This document shows positions 44,350 through 53,491 of a stretch of 60,779 nucleotides of DNA, piece by piece. A program made the translations under genes and the position numbers. The first letter of the stretch is position 1; every line of letters starts with the position of its first letter. Origin of the DNA: a virus; the UHGV virus genome UHGV-0247086. The stretch is one strand, 5' to 3'. The notes beneath the pieces are model-generated. The model was not told the origin of the DNA, did no database searches, and worked only from the letters and a program-made list of their open reading frames with translations.

Positions 44350-44356
44350 GGAAAAC

Positions 44357-44692
44357 ATGGCTAGAGCATTTTCTGCTGTTGAGCGCCGGGAGTATGTCCG
44401 CGCAGTGATTCGTATCACCAGACATCAGGGGCGACTCACGACCGCCGAGGCAATGAAAAAACTTGGGCTGAGCCGCGCTACTGTCCAGCGGTATTTTGCC
44501 GAAGCAGAAGCGACTGGCGAGGTTGTCCGGCATGGTCGTTTGGGGCTTTTCCGCGATCAGCGGGCCGTCATCGACTTTGACATGAAGCGTTTTGGCCTGG
44601 TGCCGAAAGTTGCTGTTGGGATGAATTACAGCCTGCTTGGCAGTCCTGTTTTTCAGCGAGTTTTAGATGTTCAGGAGGCTATTCATGGCTAA
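44357..44692 (+). CDS. hypothetical HTH protein
   Basis: 111 aa with an HTH-like segment (TTAEAMKKLGLSRATVQRYF). Confidence 0.45.
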   Translation: MARAFSAVERREYVRAVIRITRHQGRLTTAEAMKKLGLSRATVQRYFAEAEATGEVVRHGRLGLFRDQRAVIDFDMKRFGLVPKVAVGMNYSLLGSPVFQRVLDVQEAIHG

Positions 44693-45470
44693 GAATTCAA
44701 TCGATGTATACGGTGCCAGCGGCAAAACAAACGTGCTCAATTTCGAGCCTGAAAACCTGCACCTGGTCACCGATAAGACCCACCCACTTTATGATGAGCG
44801 GGTACACCTGCCTATTGAGGAAGGGATGGTACTGAACATTGCGGAGCTGGGTGTACTTGAGCCGATCATCGTCTGGAAAGACTCTGAAACGGGGCTCACC
44901 TGCGTAGTTGTTGGCCGTCAGCGCGTTAAACATACCCTGGAGGCAAATAAACTCCGTCTGAAAGAAGGCAAAGACCCACTGCTTGTACCTGGAGTAGTTA
45001 AGCGCGGATCAGCAAATCAGATGGCTAAATATATGGTCAGCGAAAACGAAATTCGTCGACCTGATACACCGCTTGGCCGGGCTAAAAAAATGTCAGACCA
45101 GCTCGACCGCGGGCTCGATGAGGACGACATTGCAGTGTTGTTTGGCTGCAGCGTTCAGACCGTTCGTGCAACGCTTTCCCTTCTCGATGCCACTCAGGCC
45201 GTCAGGGAAGCGGTAGAGGCTGGCACAGTTACCGTTACCCAGGCGCGTCAGCTGGCATCGCTTAAACCCGAAGAACAGCGGGAGAAAGTCGCTGAAATCG
45301 AGCGGGCAACAGCTGGTACTAATGGCCACGAAAAAGCTCGTCGACAACGCCAGATTCTCGGTGAAGCAAAGCCGCGTCTCAAATCACGCAAAGAAATCAC
45401 AAAAGCCCTCGAAGGTGCCAGCGGTGAATACGCTGCGGCTCTGCGCTGGGTGCTTGGGGAGGCTGTATGA
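44685..45470 (+). CDS. ParB-like nuclease domain protein
   Basis: N-terminal ParB/sulfiredoxin fold motifs (LEPIIVW, VVVGRQRV). 261 aa. Confidence 0.7.
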   Translation: MAKNSIDVYGASGKTNVLNFEPENLHLVTDKTHPLYDERVHLPIEEGMVLNIAELGVLEPIIVWKDSETGLTCVVVGRQRVKHTLEANKLRLKEGKDPLLVPGVVKRGSANQMAKYMVSENEIRRPDTPLGRAKKMSDQLDRGLDEDDIAVLFGCSVQTVRATLSLLDATQAVREAVEAGTVTVTQARQLASLKPEEQREKVAEIERATAGTNGHEKARRQRQILGEAKPRLKSRKEITKALEGASGEYAAALRWVLGEAV

Positions 45471-45670
45471 CAATCGTAAAAACCCATACCGGCACCGTGA
45501 TCACCAAAGACGGTCCGAAGGTAAAAAAACTGCACCAGACAGAGCGGATGTGGGTCGTCGGCAAAAACGAGTTTTACCACAAAGAAACCGGGCGCCGTCA
45601 CTTTGCAGAAAATACGCGCCGCCGGTTGTTGTTGGAAACGATTGAGGCGATAGGTGGTTCACATGACTGA
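45467..45670 (+). CDS. hypothetical protein
   Basis: 67 aa, translationally coupled, nin-like region. Confidence 0.4.
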   Translation: MTIVKTHTGTVITKDGPKVKKLHQTERMWVVGKNEFYHKETGRRHFAENTRRRLLLETIEAIGGSHD

Positions 45671-45917
45671 ACACGTCGAAAAATACACAAACAAGGCTAT
45701 AGAAATCATTGCCGACTATATCCAGCGCACTAACAAGAAAAACGAGCAGTTGCAGGAAGCGAAAGTGCGCTTGGATAAAAAAATCGCTCTGTTCGCAGAC
45801 GATGAGAACTGCAACACAAACAGGCTGATGTCTGTATTTTTACCAGCAATGACCAGCCATACCCGAGATGGCTTTTTCGAAGAGATAGCAGCGGCGTTAG
45901 AAGGAGCCAACCAATGA
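45654..45917 (+). CDS. hypothetical protein
   Basis: 87 aa, overlapping coupling. Confidence 0.4.
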   Translation: MVHMTEHVEKYTNKAIEIIADYIQRTNKKNEQLQEAKVRLDKKIALFADDENCNTNRLMSVFLPAMTSHTRDGFFEEIAAALEGANQ

Positions 45918-46135
45918 CCAAATATGAATTACTCGACTCAAAAATAATGAGCAAAATTGATGCGCATCCTATGCCATTTTCCAGTCTGTGCGTCATGGAT
46001 GTAGCAGAAGAATGCAGCCGCATCGCAAAGGATGAGAATAAGCCAGAACCTTTCCGCATTCTCGATCGCCGGCTTCAGGCGTTACGTAAATCGGGAAAAA
46101 TCCGCAATACATCCAAAGGCTGGGTGAGGGCTTAA
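45914..46135 (+). CDS. hypothetical protein
   Basis: 73 aa, ATGA coupling. Confidence 0.4.
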   Translation: MTKYELLDSKIMSKIDAHPMPFSSLCVMDVAEECSRIAKDENKPEPFRILDRRLQALRKSGKIRNTSKGWVRA

Positions 46136-46138
46136 CTA

Positions 46139-46438
46139 ATGACCAGCAAATTAACCAGAGATCAGCTTCGGAAGCGCGCCCAACTCAAAGCAAAAAATCT
46201 GACTCATGCAATTTCACAGAGTGCATTCGCCGGTGTTCGCAGCGAGTTGGAGGAAGAGCTTCAGTTCTTGCAATGTGCGTTAGCATGTCTGGAAGGAGTG
46301 AACAGCGAGCCGGTGCCGGTAGTGCAGGAGAAATGCCCAGCAGAAATTCGCGACCTGTTAGCTTCGCATTCTGATGCGCTTTTCAACGACGATGATGCAC
46401 AGGAAATCTGGAACGCCTGCCGCGCCGCCATGCACTAG
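46139..46438 (+). CDS. hypothetical protein
   Basis: 99 aa. Confidence 0.4.
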   Translation: MTSKLTRDQLRKRAQLKAKNLTHAISQSAFAGVRSELEEELQFLQCALACLEGVNSEPVPVVQEKCPAEIRDLLASHSDALFNDDDAQEIWNACRAAMH

Positions 46439-46450
46439 GTTGGCAACTCC

Positions 46451-46741
46451 CCGGCGCAATCAGATTGCTGCCCGGCGCAAAACCACGTTTCTCCGGAGCA
46501 AAACGGCGACACTCCAGCGCAAAGCCAGGGATGGATTCCGTTAAGCGAGCAGATGCCGCCAAGTCGTCATGAGGTTTTGGTCGGGCGTTGGTGGGGAGAG
46601 AAGCCGCGGTGGTGTTGCAAATGGGCAACGTATATCCCTGGACACCCTGATGCGCAGAGTAGCGGCTGGTCGATCCCCGGCGCGTCATGGATGCCAACTC
46701 ACTTGATGCCGCTGCCGGCCGCCCCGCAGGAGGTGAGGTGA
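46451..46741 (+). CDS. DUF551-like protein; start uncertain (annotated ATG at 46553; the frame is open from 46439 through the tandem repeats)
   Basis: Motifs WIPLSEQMPP...EVLV and HLMPLPAAP resemble DUF551 (HWMPLPEPP). The upstream in-frame region encodes PAQ repeats. Confidence 0.4.
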   Translation, partial: PAQSDCCPAQNHVSPEQNGDTPAQSQGWIPLSEQMPPSRHEVLVGRWWGEKPRWCCKWATYIPGHPDAQSSGWSIPGASWMPTHLMPLPAAPQEVR

Positions 46742-46927
46742 TGGACTCTTCCCTGGAATATGCCTGCAAACGCCTGCAGGAACTGGAAAGCCTGTTGCTG
46801 GTGGATGCACGTGAACCAGGAATTTTACTTTAATAAGGGGCAGGGGCAGAACGTGGTGGCTAGTAAGTGTATCTAAATAATTTTCAAGCCCGCATGTAAA
46901 AATACATGCGGGTAATGGATAATGCAA

Positions 46928-48433
46928 TTAAGACAATAGCCTTTGTAATTGAGCGCCGAAAGATGTGAAGTCTACTTCCCGTTTAATATCTTCACTTAAA
47001 TTTCTTATGAAATAAGATTCGTTTATATTTCTATTTTCAAGGTCTTTTTTTACTCTGAAATAAAATAATTTATCGGGACTTTTAGGGGTTCCAGGGTATT
47101 GTTTGTGATGTTCAGCAGCAAGATCATCTAATGATTTTATTGGGAAATACTTGTCATTGATCGTTTTTCTTAATCTGTCGTTTGCTTTGTTGAACACGAT
47201 GCTGAATATGAATTTTTCAATGCTTTGTATCGGAAGGAAAAGTTTAGCAAGGTTTTTGTATTCATTTTTTTTTGCAACATCAGAAACAACATCACCATCC
47301 AAAATACTAACTATCTGTTTGTTAACTCCAATAACATTGTTTCTTAATAAATCTAAGTGCAAATTTAAAACATTTTGCCACCCACCAACAGGTGATATGT
47401 GTATCAATCTACTGTTTTTTAAACCTGTATCAGAGAGGACGCTATCAATTACTAATGATGCCAATGCGTCTTCTGCTAAAATTAGATAGTCGAATCCATC
47501 GTGACGGTAGACCTCACGAATAGCATAGCTTGGGAAGCAGGGGTTGATTAATTCTAATATTCCTTCATTATTGTTAATCAAGTACATGTTCTGTGGCTTA
47601 AGGGCTCGAATCACTTCTGGGGAGTGAGATGTTAAATAAACACATAATTTTGGATACGACTCTAATAATGAATTTAAGTAACCAATTAATCGGGAAATGG
47701 CAATGGGGTGTAAAGCCAATTCTATTTCATCAATGAGTATGAAAAAGGTTCTATCTGTTACGCTTCTGTTTTTGCCTTGGTTGATCAAGGTGTGATAAAT
47801 ATAATTTAAAAGTGAAATTAGAAGGCACTCACCTGAACTCATGCGGTACTGACTAAGCAGATCACCTTTTTGGGTTGTCATGAAATAAGGCAGGTTAGAT
47901 AACTCGAAGTTTTCAGATATATTTTTATTTTTTATTTTCTTCATGTCTTTGTAATGATTATAATCACCATGAAGAATGTAGCTTAAATTATCCTTTACGT
48001 AATCGAAAGCATCAACAATTTGATCGTCTTTTATTCGGTTGTTACGCAGTAATTTGTCGACAATAGTAGAATCTCTAAAGCGGGCCCCATAAAATAAACT
48101 GCCTTCATAAACACCCTTATATGAGAGTGGTCTGCTAGAACACCACCACATGTTTTCATTGTTTCGCTGCCTTTTTTTAACAAACCAATGGTTAGATTCT
48201 TCATAATCATCAGCGGAAATAGCAACATCAATGGTAGAGTTATCATCAAAATCTTCATCTTGGAGCATATTAAAACGTTTGGAACTTAATAAAACTGACA
48301 TGATCAACATTAAGGTGCTTTTGCCACATCCATTGCCACCAACCAGGCTATACAAGCCTCCTTCAATAGGGAGTTCGATATCTGCATTTTTGATGTTTTT
48401 AATGTTATTGATTTTTATCTTCATCAGGTCCAT
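46928..48433 (-). CDS. OLD-family-like ABC ATPase with C-terminal Toprim-like domain (candidate anti-phage defence nuclease)
   Basis: Walker A GGNGCGKST, signature-like RMSSGE, Walker B FFILIDEIELALHP and H-loop TSHSPE. C-terminal LAEDALA and ILDGD (E...DxD Toprim pattern). About 30% GC. Confidence 0.75.
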   Translation of the reverse strand: MDLMKIKINNIKNIKNADIELPIEGGLYSLVGGNGCGKSTLMLIMSVLLSSKRFNMLQDEDFDDNSTIDVAISADDYEESNHWFVKKRQRNNENMWWCSSRPLSYKGVYEGSLFYGARFRDSTIVDKLLRNNRIKDDQIVDAFDYVKDNLSYILHGDYNHYKDMKKIKNKNISENFELSNLPYFMTTQKGDLLSQYRMSSGECLLISLLNYIYHTLINQGKNRSVTDRTFFILIDEIELALHPIAISRLIGYLNSLLESYPKLCVYLTSHSPEVIRALKPQNMYLINNNEGILELINPCFPSYAIREVYRHDGFDYLILAEDALASLVIDSVLSDTGLKNSRLIHISPVGGWQNVLNLHLDLLRNNVIGVNKQIVSILDGDVVSDVAKKNEYKNLAKLFLPIQSIEKFIFSIVFNKANDRLRKTINDKYFPIKSLDDLAAEHHKQYPGTPKSPDKLFYFRVKKDLENRNINESYFIRNLSEDIKREVDFTSFGAQLQRLLS

Positions 48434-48963
48434 AAGTTACACTCATGAGTTAATGTTTTGATATTGTTATGTGTCAAGCGCATAGAAAAACGGAACAAAT
48501 AAGTTTTGATAATGGGAGTAATACGCTTCACAACTGCAACATACTATGAGGACGGGGGCATTTTCAATGAAGAACCTTTGCAAAGCGAATTTTTTAAAAA
48601 AATACTTGACATTTGTGTTTTTTTGAAAAATACTTATCAGGGTAAAAGACAAACGCGCTAGATAGATATAGGAAGTGTTTGGCTTAGTTATCAAGTCAAA
48701 CCGTCTTGATTTGATACATTGTGGGCGCTAAGGGCCCGCTAAAATTTAATGATAATCAGTGATGTGAAAACGTCGATTGGATTATCCAGCACTATAATGC
48801 TAAGAAAAAGCCCCTAAGTTCCAACATAGGGGCTTGTTTTGTTTATAGATACACATCATCATTAACTCTTACATACCTACTGTGATTGCGTTTTTGCTCT
48901 GAATACTTTCGTGAGTGACCTGCTCATCGCTGAGATCACCTCTTCGCTAAATAGTAAGCAACT

Positions 48964-49268
48964 AAGATGAGTTCGCTGAACATTAGACTAATTGCTCCTG
49001 ACCTTTTTCGATGTAATTCAACATGTGATACTTTAGCGCTTCCTTTATGGCATCGTTCACATCAGCATGTGCATGCTCCAGCCGAGAACTCTACTGCGCG
49101 AAATACTTCCCCGAGTGGTACATCATCGATCAGGATTACCGCGGTGTGAAGTATGCGAAGGATAAGCAGGTTGCGCGTTGTGGTAATGCGGTTCCTCCGC
49201 CTTTTGCTGAGGCGCTGGTGAGGGCTAATTTACCGGAGATGTGCCTGAAAAAAGGTATTGCAACATGA
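48964..49268 (+). pseudogene. C-terminal remnant of a DNA (cytosine-5) methyltransferase
   Basis: Motif ARCGNAVPPPF (C5-MTase motif X GNAV) with no upstream catalytic domains. The upstream in-frame region has no plausible start for a full MTase. Confidence 0.5.
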
Positions 49269-49270
49269 TA

Positions 49271-49294
49271 AAACCCGCTTCGGCGGGTTTTTTA
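49271..49294 (+). terminator. rho-independent terminator
   Basis: ACCCGC-TTCG-GCGGGT followed by TTTTT. Confidence 0.75.
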
Positions 49295-49373
49295 TTATGG
49301 AAAAACATCAATCTAAACATAAGCATGGTGTTGGCAAAAAGTGCTGCAGAGGGGTTGAACATTTCACGTAACA

Positions 49374-49399
49374 GGTATACTGTTTATTTGTACAGTATT
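49374..49399 (+). promoter_or_regulatory. LexA (SOS) box upstream of dinI-like gene
   Basis: TACTGTTTATTTGTACAGTA, a perfect CTGT-N8-ACAG, about 20 nt upstream of the RBS. Confidence 0.65.
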
Positions 49400-49416
49400 C
49401 ATGTGAGGTGCTAACC

Positions 49417-49650
49417 ATGAAAGTTGAAGTCACAATTGATAAACATAAAAAACTCCCTGATGGCGCCATACCTGCGCTTGAGCAAGAATTGCTGCGCCGC
49501 TTGTCCCAGTCCTATGATGATTGCAAATTAACCATTCGACGCACAAGCAACGATGGCCTTAGCGTTTTGGGTGGCGCTGATGGCGATAAAAAACGCGTTG
49601 AACAAATCCTGCAAGAGACGTGGGAAAGCGCGGACGACTGGTTTTACTGA
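49417..49650 (+). CDS. dinI: DinI-family DNA damage-inducible protein
   Basis: MKVEVTIDK...LSVLGGADGDKKRVEQILQETWESADDWF collinear with E. coli DinI. RBS GAGGTG. Confidence 0.85.
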   Translation: MKVEVTIDKHKKLPDGAIPALEQELLRRLSQSYDDCKLTIRRTSNDGLSVLGGADGDKKRVEQILQETWESADDWFY

Positions 49651-49688
49651 TTCACCTTTTGGTGGCTGGCATTTCCCAAAGCTTCGCA

Positions 49689-49994
49689 ATGAGCGTGCTG
49701 TCACCGGACTTTTTATTTGCGTCTGTATGTCGCTCAGGGGGTAGTGTGAGTGATGGTATTGAGGTTCCTACTAATCATTCCTGGTACGATGTCGTCAGGA
49801 GATCGGATGGCACCATTATTTGTAGCTTCCCGGCCGAAGGAAGGCATCTGATTTACAGGGTTAATGGCATAATTTCAATGCGACCTTTATTGCCCGAAGA
49901 AGAAGTTTTTACTCTAAACGGATTTATGAAATTTGCGGAACGACTTGGCTACCGAGTTCTCCCACCTTCTGATAATATGAAATCAACGGCCTGA
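49689..49994 (+). CDS. hypothetical protein
   Basis: About 100 aa ORF with a weak RBS. The track ORF starts at 49620. Confidence 0.3.
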   Translation: MSVLSPDFLFASVCRSGGSVSDGIEVPTNHSWYDVVRRSDGTIICSFPAEGRHLIYRVNGIISMRPLLPEEEVFTLNGFMKFAERLGYRVLPPSDNMKSTA

Positions 49995-50028
49995 ACAACC
50001 GTTACCTACTGCGCCACGGAGAGAAGCC

Positions 50029-50625
50029 ATGGCGCAATTGCACTTAATAAAACAATCTCAAGGTATCCTGATCCCCGCGACGCCGGAGACCAGTGATTTT
50101 CTGCAATCAAAATGCAAGCTCGGATCCGTTCTGGAAGCCGATTATAAGCTTGTCCGCAATCCGGCGTTTCACCGCCGTTACTTTGCTTTACTCAATCTCG
50201 GCTTTGAATATTGGGAACCTACCGGCGGGGCGATTTCGTCTAACGAGCGCAGGCTTATCACAGGTTACGCCAAATACCTTGCTGCATATGGCGGGAGTGA
50301 ATCGGCGTTGCTTGATGCCGCCGGGCAATATCTCGACCGGATAGCTGAGAAGCGATTCGGCTATATCAGTATTTGCAAATCCTTCGATGCTTACCGGGCG
50401 TGGGTCATCGTTGAAGCCGGCCACTATGACGCCATACAGCTGCCGGACGGCACGCTGAAAAAACACCCTCGCAGCATTTCTTTCGCAAGCATGGACGAAT
50501 GCGAGTTCCAGGAACTGTACAAAGCATCGCTCGATGTTCTCTGGCGGTGGATCCTCTCTCGTTCTTTCAACAGCCTGCAGGAAGCTGAAAACGCCGCCAA
50601 CCAGCTTTTAAGCTTCGCGGGGTGA
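50029..50625 (+). CDS. DUF1367-family phage protein
   Basis: 198 aa. By recall, similar to lambdoid nin-region DUF1367 proteins. Confidence 0.6.
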   Translation: MAQLHLIKQSQGILIPATPETSDFLQSKCKLGSVLEADYKLVRNPAFHRRYFALLNLGFEYWEPTGGAISSNERRLITGYAKYLAAYGGSESALLDAAGQYLDRIAEKRFGYISICKSFDAYRAWVIVEAGHYDAIQLPDGTLKKHPRSISFASMDECEFQELYKASLDVLWRWILSRSFNSLQEAENAANQLLSFAG

Positions 50626-50831
50626 TGCTGATGAAATACTCATGGTTTCACCATCTCGAATGCACAACCCAGCAGGCCGAAGAATTGGTAGCGAGATATC
50701 GTCAGCGGGGCGTAAAGGTCGAACGAAGCTTAAACCCTGACTTTATGACATGGACCGTCAGCGCGCAGCTGGTGGAGGACAAAAACCCGCCGCGGCCAGA
50801 CTCTCGCTGGCGTAACAGGATGTGGGGGTGA
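50622..50831 (+). CDS. hypothetical protein
   Basis: 69 aa, coupled start. Confidence 0.4.
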   Translation: MMLMKYSWFHHLECTTQQAEELVARYRQRGVKVERSLNPDFMTWTVSAQLVEDKNPPRPDSRWRNRMWG

Positions 50832-50833
50832 GT

Positions 50834-51130
50834 ATGGCGAACCTACGCAAAGAGGCGCGTGGCCGCGAATGTACTGTGCGGATCCCCGGGCACTGCAACG
50901 GCAACCCGGAAACCAGCGTGCTGGCGCATTACCGCCTGGCGGGTACGTGCGGCACAGGATGCAAGCCTGACGATACTCAGGCGGCGATCGCCTGCAACGG
51001 GTGCCATGACGTAATTGACGGCAGAACCAAAACCACCGATTTCACCTACGACGAATTGCGCCTGATGCACGCAGAGGGGGTAATGCGCACCCTGGAAATC
51101 TGGCGGAAAGAGGGACTCATCAAATCATGA
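50834..51130 (+). CDS. DUF1364 (NinX-like) zinc-binding phage protein
   Basis: CTVRIPGHCNGNPETSVLAHYRL...ACNGCHD pattern typical of DUF1364. Confidence 0.55.
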   Translation: MANLRKEARGRECTVRIPGHCNGNPETSVLAHYRLAGTCGTGCKPDDTQAAIACNGCHDVIDGRTKTTDFTYDELRLMHAEGVMRTLEIWRKEGLIKS

Positions 51131-51483
51131 AAATCTACGATATCACGCCCATCGGCAAACCCAGGATGACCAGAGCTGATAAGTGGAAGCAGCGTCCGGA
51201 AGTAATACGTTACCGGGCGTTCTGTGATGAAGCTCGTCTGCGCAAAATTCACCTGCCAGACTCCGGCGCTCACGTCACGTTCGTCATGCCTATGCCGCAA
51301 AGCTGGAGTCAGAAAAAGAGAGCGCAATACGCAGGACGTCCACATCAGTCAAAGCCCGACTGCGACAATATGCTGAAAGCCCTAATGGACGCCCTCTATG
51401 AGGATGATTCACACGTCTGGGATTGCCGCATCACCAAAATATGGGGCGAGAAAGGGCAGATCATCATTGGGGATTCTCTATGA
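51127..51483 (+). CDS. rusA: RusA-family Holliday junction resolvase
   Basis: KPDCDNMLKALMDAL matches the RusA D-x-D-N...K...DAL catalytic motif. 118 aa. Confidence 0.7.
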   Translation: MKIYDITPIGKPRMTRADKWKQRPEVIRYRAFCDEARLRKIHLPDSGAHVTFVMPMPQSWSQKKRAQYAGRPHQSKPDCDNMLKALMDALYEDDSHVWDCRITKIWGEKGQIIIGDSL

Positions 51484-51598
51484 CCCTCGATCACTTCATG
51501 CAGTACCAAACCGAGAGCGTTAAGCGCGCCAGTATGCCGCCAGTAGCAAAGCACAACCTGAACCAGACCAAACCAAAACAGCCAAAGAGGGCCGCAGC

Positions 51599-52420
51599 GT
51601 GAATCTTGAAAACACAGTGAAATACCACTTCGCAAAATCCACGCTGATTAGCGATTCTCCGCGTGCTACCGCCTCTGATTCACTGACCGGCACCGACATC
51701 ATGGCAGCAATGGGCATGACCCAGGAACGTGCCGCTATGGGGTATAGCGCTTTCCTGGGCAAGATGGGCATAAGCAACAATGACCGGGATCGGGCTATCG
51801 GACTATTGGCTGAGTACGCGCTGACAAAATGCGATAAGGTTGCTGCGTTGCGAAAGCTCTCGCCAAGCGTAAAACCCCGGGTTATACGGATCCTCGCAGA
51901 GTACGCCTTTGAGGATTACTCCCGCAGTGCTTCCAGTAAAAAAACATGCGACTGCTGCAATGGGTCTGGATTCATCGACGCAGTGGCGTTCACCAACAAA
52001 GTAACGTATCCGGACGGCAAACCGCCGAAGTGGGTCAAAGTTACAAAGGGGATCTATCCATCATACTGGGAGGAGGTGAAGTCGGTCCGGGAGCAGGTCC
52101 GGGTGCTTTGCCAAAAGTGCAAGGGAAAAGGGACTGTTAGCGCCGCCTGTAACGACTGCCACGGTCGCGGGAAGGTAGTGAACCAGGATGAGACGGAGAA
52201 GCAGGGAGTGCCTGTGATGGGTAACTGTAAACGCTGTGGTGGTCGCGGGTATGAGCGAATCCTCTCCACTGCTGTGCATAGGGCCATTTGCCAGATAACG
52301 GACGCCATCACTCTGGATACCTGGAAGAAATCGGTTAAACCGTTCTTCGACGTATTGATCACTAAATTCGATATAGAGGAAGCGTGGGCAGAGGCGCAAC
52401 TCAAACAAATAACGCGGTGA
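51599..52420 (+). CDS. late-gene antiterminator Q (QuuQ/phage 21-82 type)
   Basis: 273 aa with a multi-Cys zinc cluster (CDCCNGSG...CQKCKGKG...CNDCHGRG...CKRCGGRG). It precedes the tRNA and lysis region. Confidence 0.65.
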   Translation: MNLENTVKYHFAKSTLISDSPRATASDSLTGTDIMAAMGMTQERAAMGYSAFLGKMGISNNDRDRAIGLLAEYALTKCDKVAALRKLSPSVKPRVIRILAEYAFEDYSRSASSKKTCDCCNGSGFIDAVAFTNKVTYPDGKPPKWVKVTKGIYPSYWEEVKSVREQVRVLCQKCKGKGTVSAACNDCHGRGKVVNQDETEKQGVPVMGNCKRCGGRGYERILSTAVHRAICQITDAITLDTWKKSVKPFFDVLITKFDIEEAWAEAQLKQITR

Positions 52421-52499
52421 GATATTTACTTTTCCCGAATTCGTGTTAATTTGTTCTAATGATGGGCATTGTGTGTTCACCGTTGAAGAAATAATTTAA

Positions 52500-52530
52500 A
52501 GCCTCGGCAAATGCCGGGGCTTTTTCGTAT
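52500..52530 (+). terminator. hairpin terminator-like element downstream of Q (candidate tR')
   Basis: GCCTCGGCA-AAT-GCCGGGGC followed by TTTTT. Confidence 0.45.
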
Positions 52531-52611
52531 CTGCAATCCGGTCAGGGCTCTTGGGTAGAGACGTGCTGCACGATACGTTAAAGCCCTCCGCGCAGAGCCC
52601 TGAACCAGATT

Positions 52612-52687
52612 GCTGGTTTAGCTCAGAAGGTAGAGCGCCTGCCTTGTAAGCAGGATGTCGGCTGTTCGATTCCGTCAACCAGCACCA
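52612..52687 (+). tRNA. tRNA-Thr (anticodon UGU), phage-encoded, between Q and the lysis region
   Basis: 76 nt cloverleaf: acceptor GCTGGTT/AACCAGC, D arm GCTC/GAGC with GG, anticodon stem CCTGC/GCAGG with loop CTTGTAA, T loop TTCGATT, and 3' CCA. One U-C mismatch in the T stem. Confidence 0.65.
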
Positions 52688-52754
52688 GAACGGCAGAGGG
52701 GCCAGCGTCTGAAGCGAATCCCGATCACAATGCGTAACTTATCTGGGGGAAGCT

Positions 52755-53012
52755 ATGCAGCAACCATATTTTTTTAACCCGGGCATGACCACTCAACAGC
52801 TTGAAGACTGGCTTGGGCAACAGAAAATCTATCTTGCCCACTTCAACCGTCTGATAGCAGAAAAAGCCGCTCTTGAGGAGCGGCTGAGTCAGATCTCTGC
52901 GGAGATTGGGCGAGTCGCTACTGATAGCTTTCAAGGAATACTGAGTTTTCCCTGGGATCCCAGTCCTCTTGTGGAAAATCCTCAACAGGATAGTGGCCAG
53001 TCGGCAGATTGA
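52755..53012 (+). CDS. hypothetical protein
   Basis: 85 aa with RBS GGGGGAAG. Overlaps the 3' end of the minus-strand 157-aa ORF. Confidence 0.4.
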   Translation: MQQPYFFNPGMTTQQLEDWLGQQKIYLAHFNRLIAEKAALEERLSQISAEIGRVATDSFQGILSFPWDPSPLVENPQQDSGQSAD

Positions 53013-53391
53013 GTGACGCCAGGACAGCGGCAGCATCTTCTGACATATAACTGGGCTTTAGTTGACTGGCAATGATAAAGAGACAGTCGTTTAGCGAGAG
53101 TCTTCTAATCTCTTCAGGTTTCCACTTGGTCATTTCGAAGATAAGGTGATGAAGAGCCTTATCGTTATCAAGATAATAATAATCCGATGAAAAATGTTTC
53201 CTGTACTCATCGAGAATACATTCAAGAGTGAATATTTGTCCTATTCGATACCAAACCTGCCTGGCTCTGTAACTGTGTGAGTCTGCCAGTAATGTTTGGG
53301 GGAAGTTGTTATTTTGACAAACCCGGGACTTGATTACCTGTAAAAGGTCTGAGTACTTACTCATATTTTCACCAGTTGATGTTTTAATCAT
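52918..53391 (-). CDS. hypothetical AT-rich moron protein
   Basis: 157 aa, AT-rich, in the Q-to-lysis moron position. Confidence 0.4.
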   Translation of the reverse strand: MIKTSTGENMSKYSDLLQVIKSRVCQNNNFPQTLLADSHSYRARQVWYRIGQIFTLECILDEYRKHFSSDYYYLDNDKALHHLIFEMTKWKPEEIRRLSLNDCLFIIASQLKPSYMSEDAAAVLASLNLPTGHYPVEDFPQEDWDPRENSVFLESYQ

Positions 53392-53491
53392 TTGCGAATC
53401 AATTTTATCAAAGAGAAAAACAAGCCGCTACACGCTGATAACATCAGGCTGGGCGGTTATGGTGAGCCGATACCTCAGACAAGCAGAGTAT

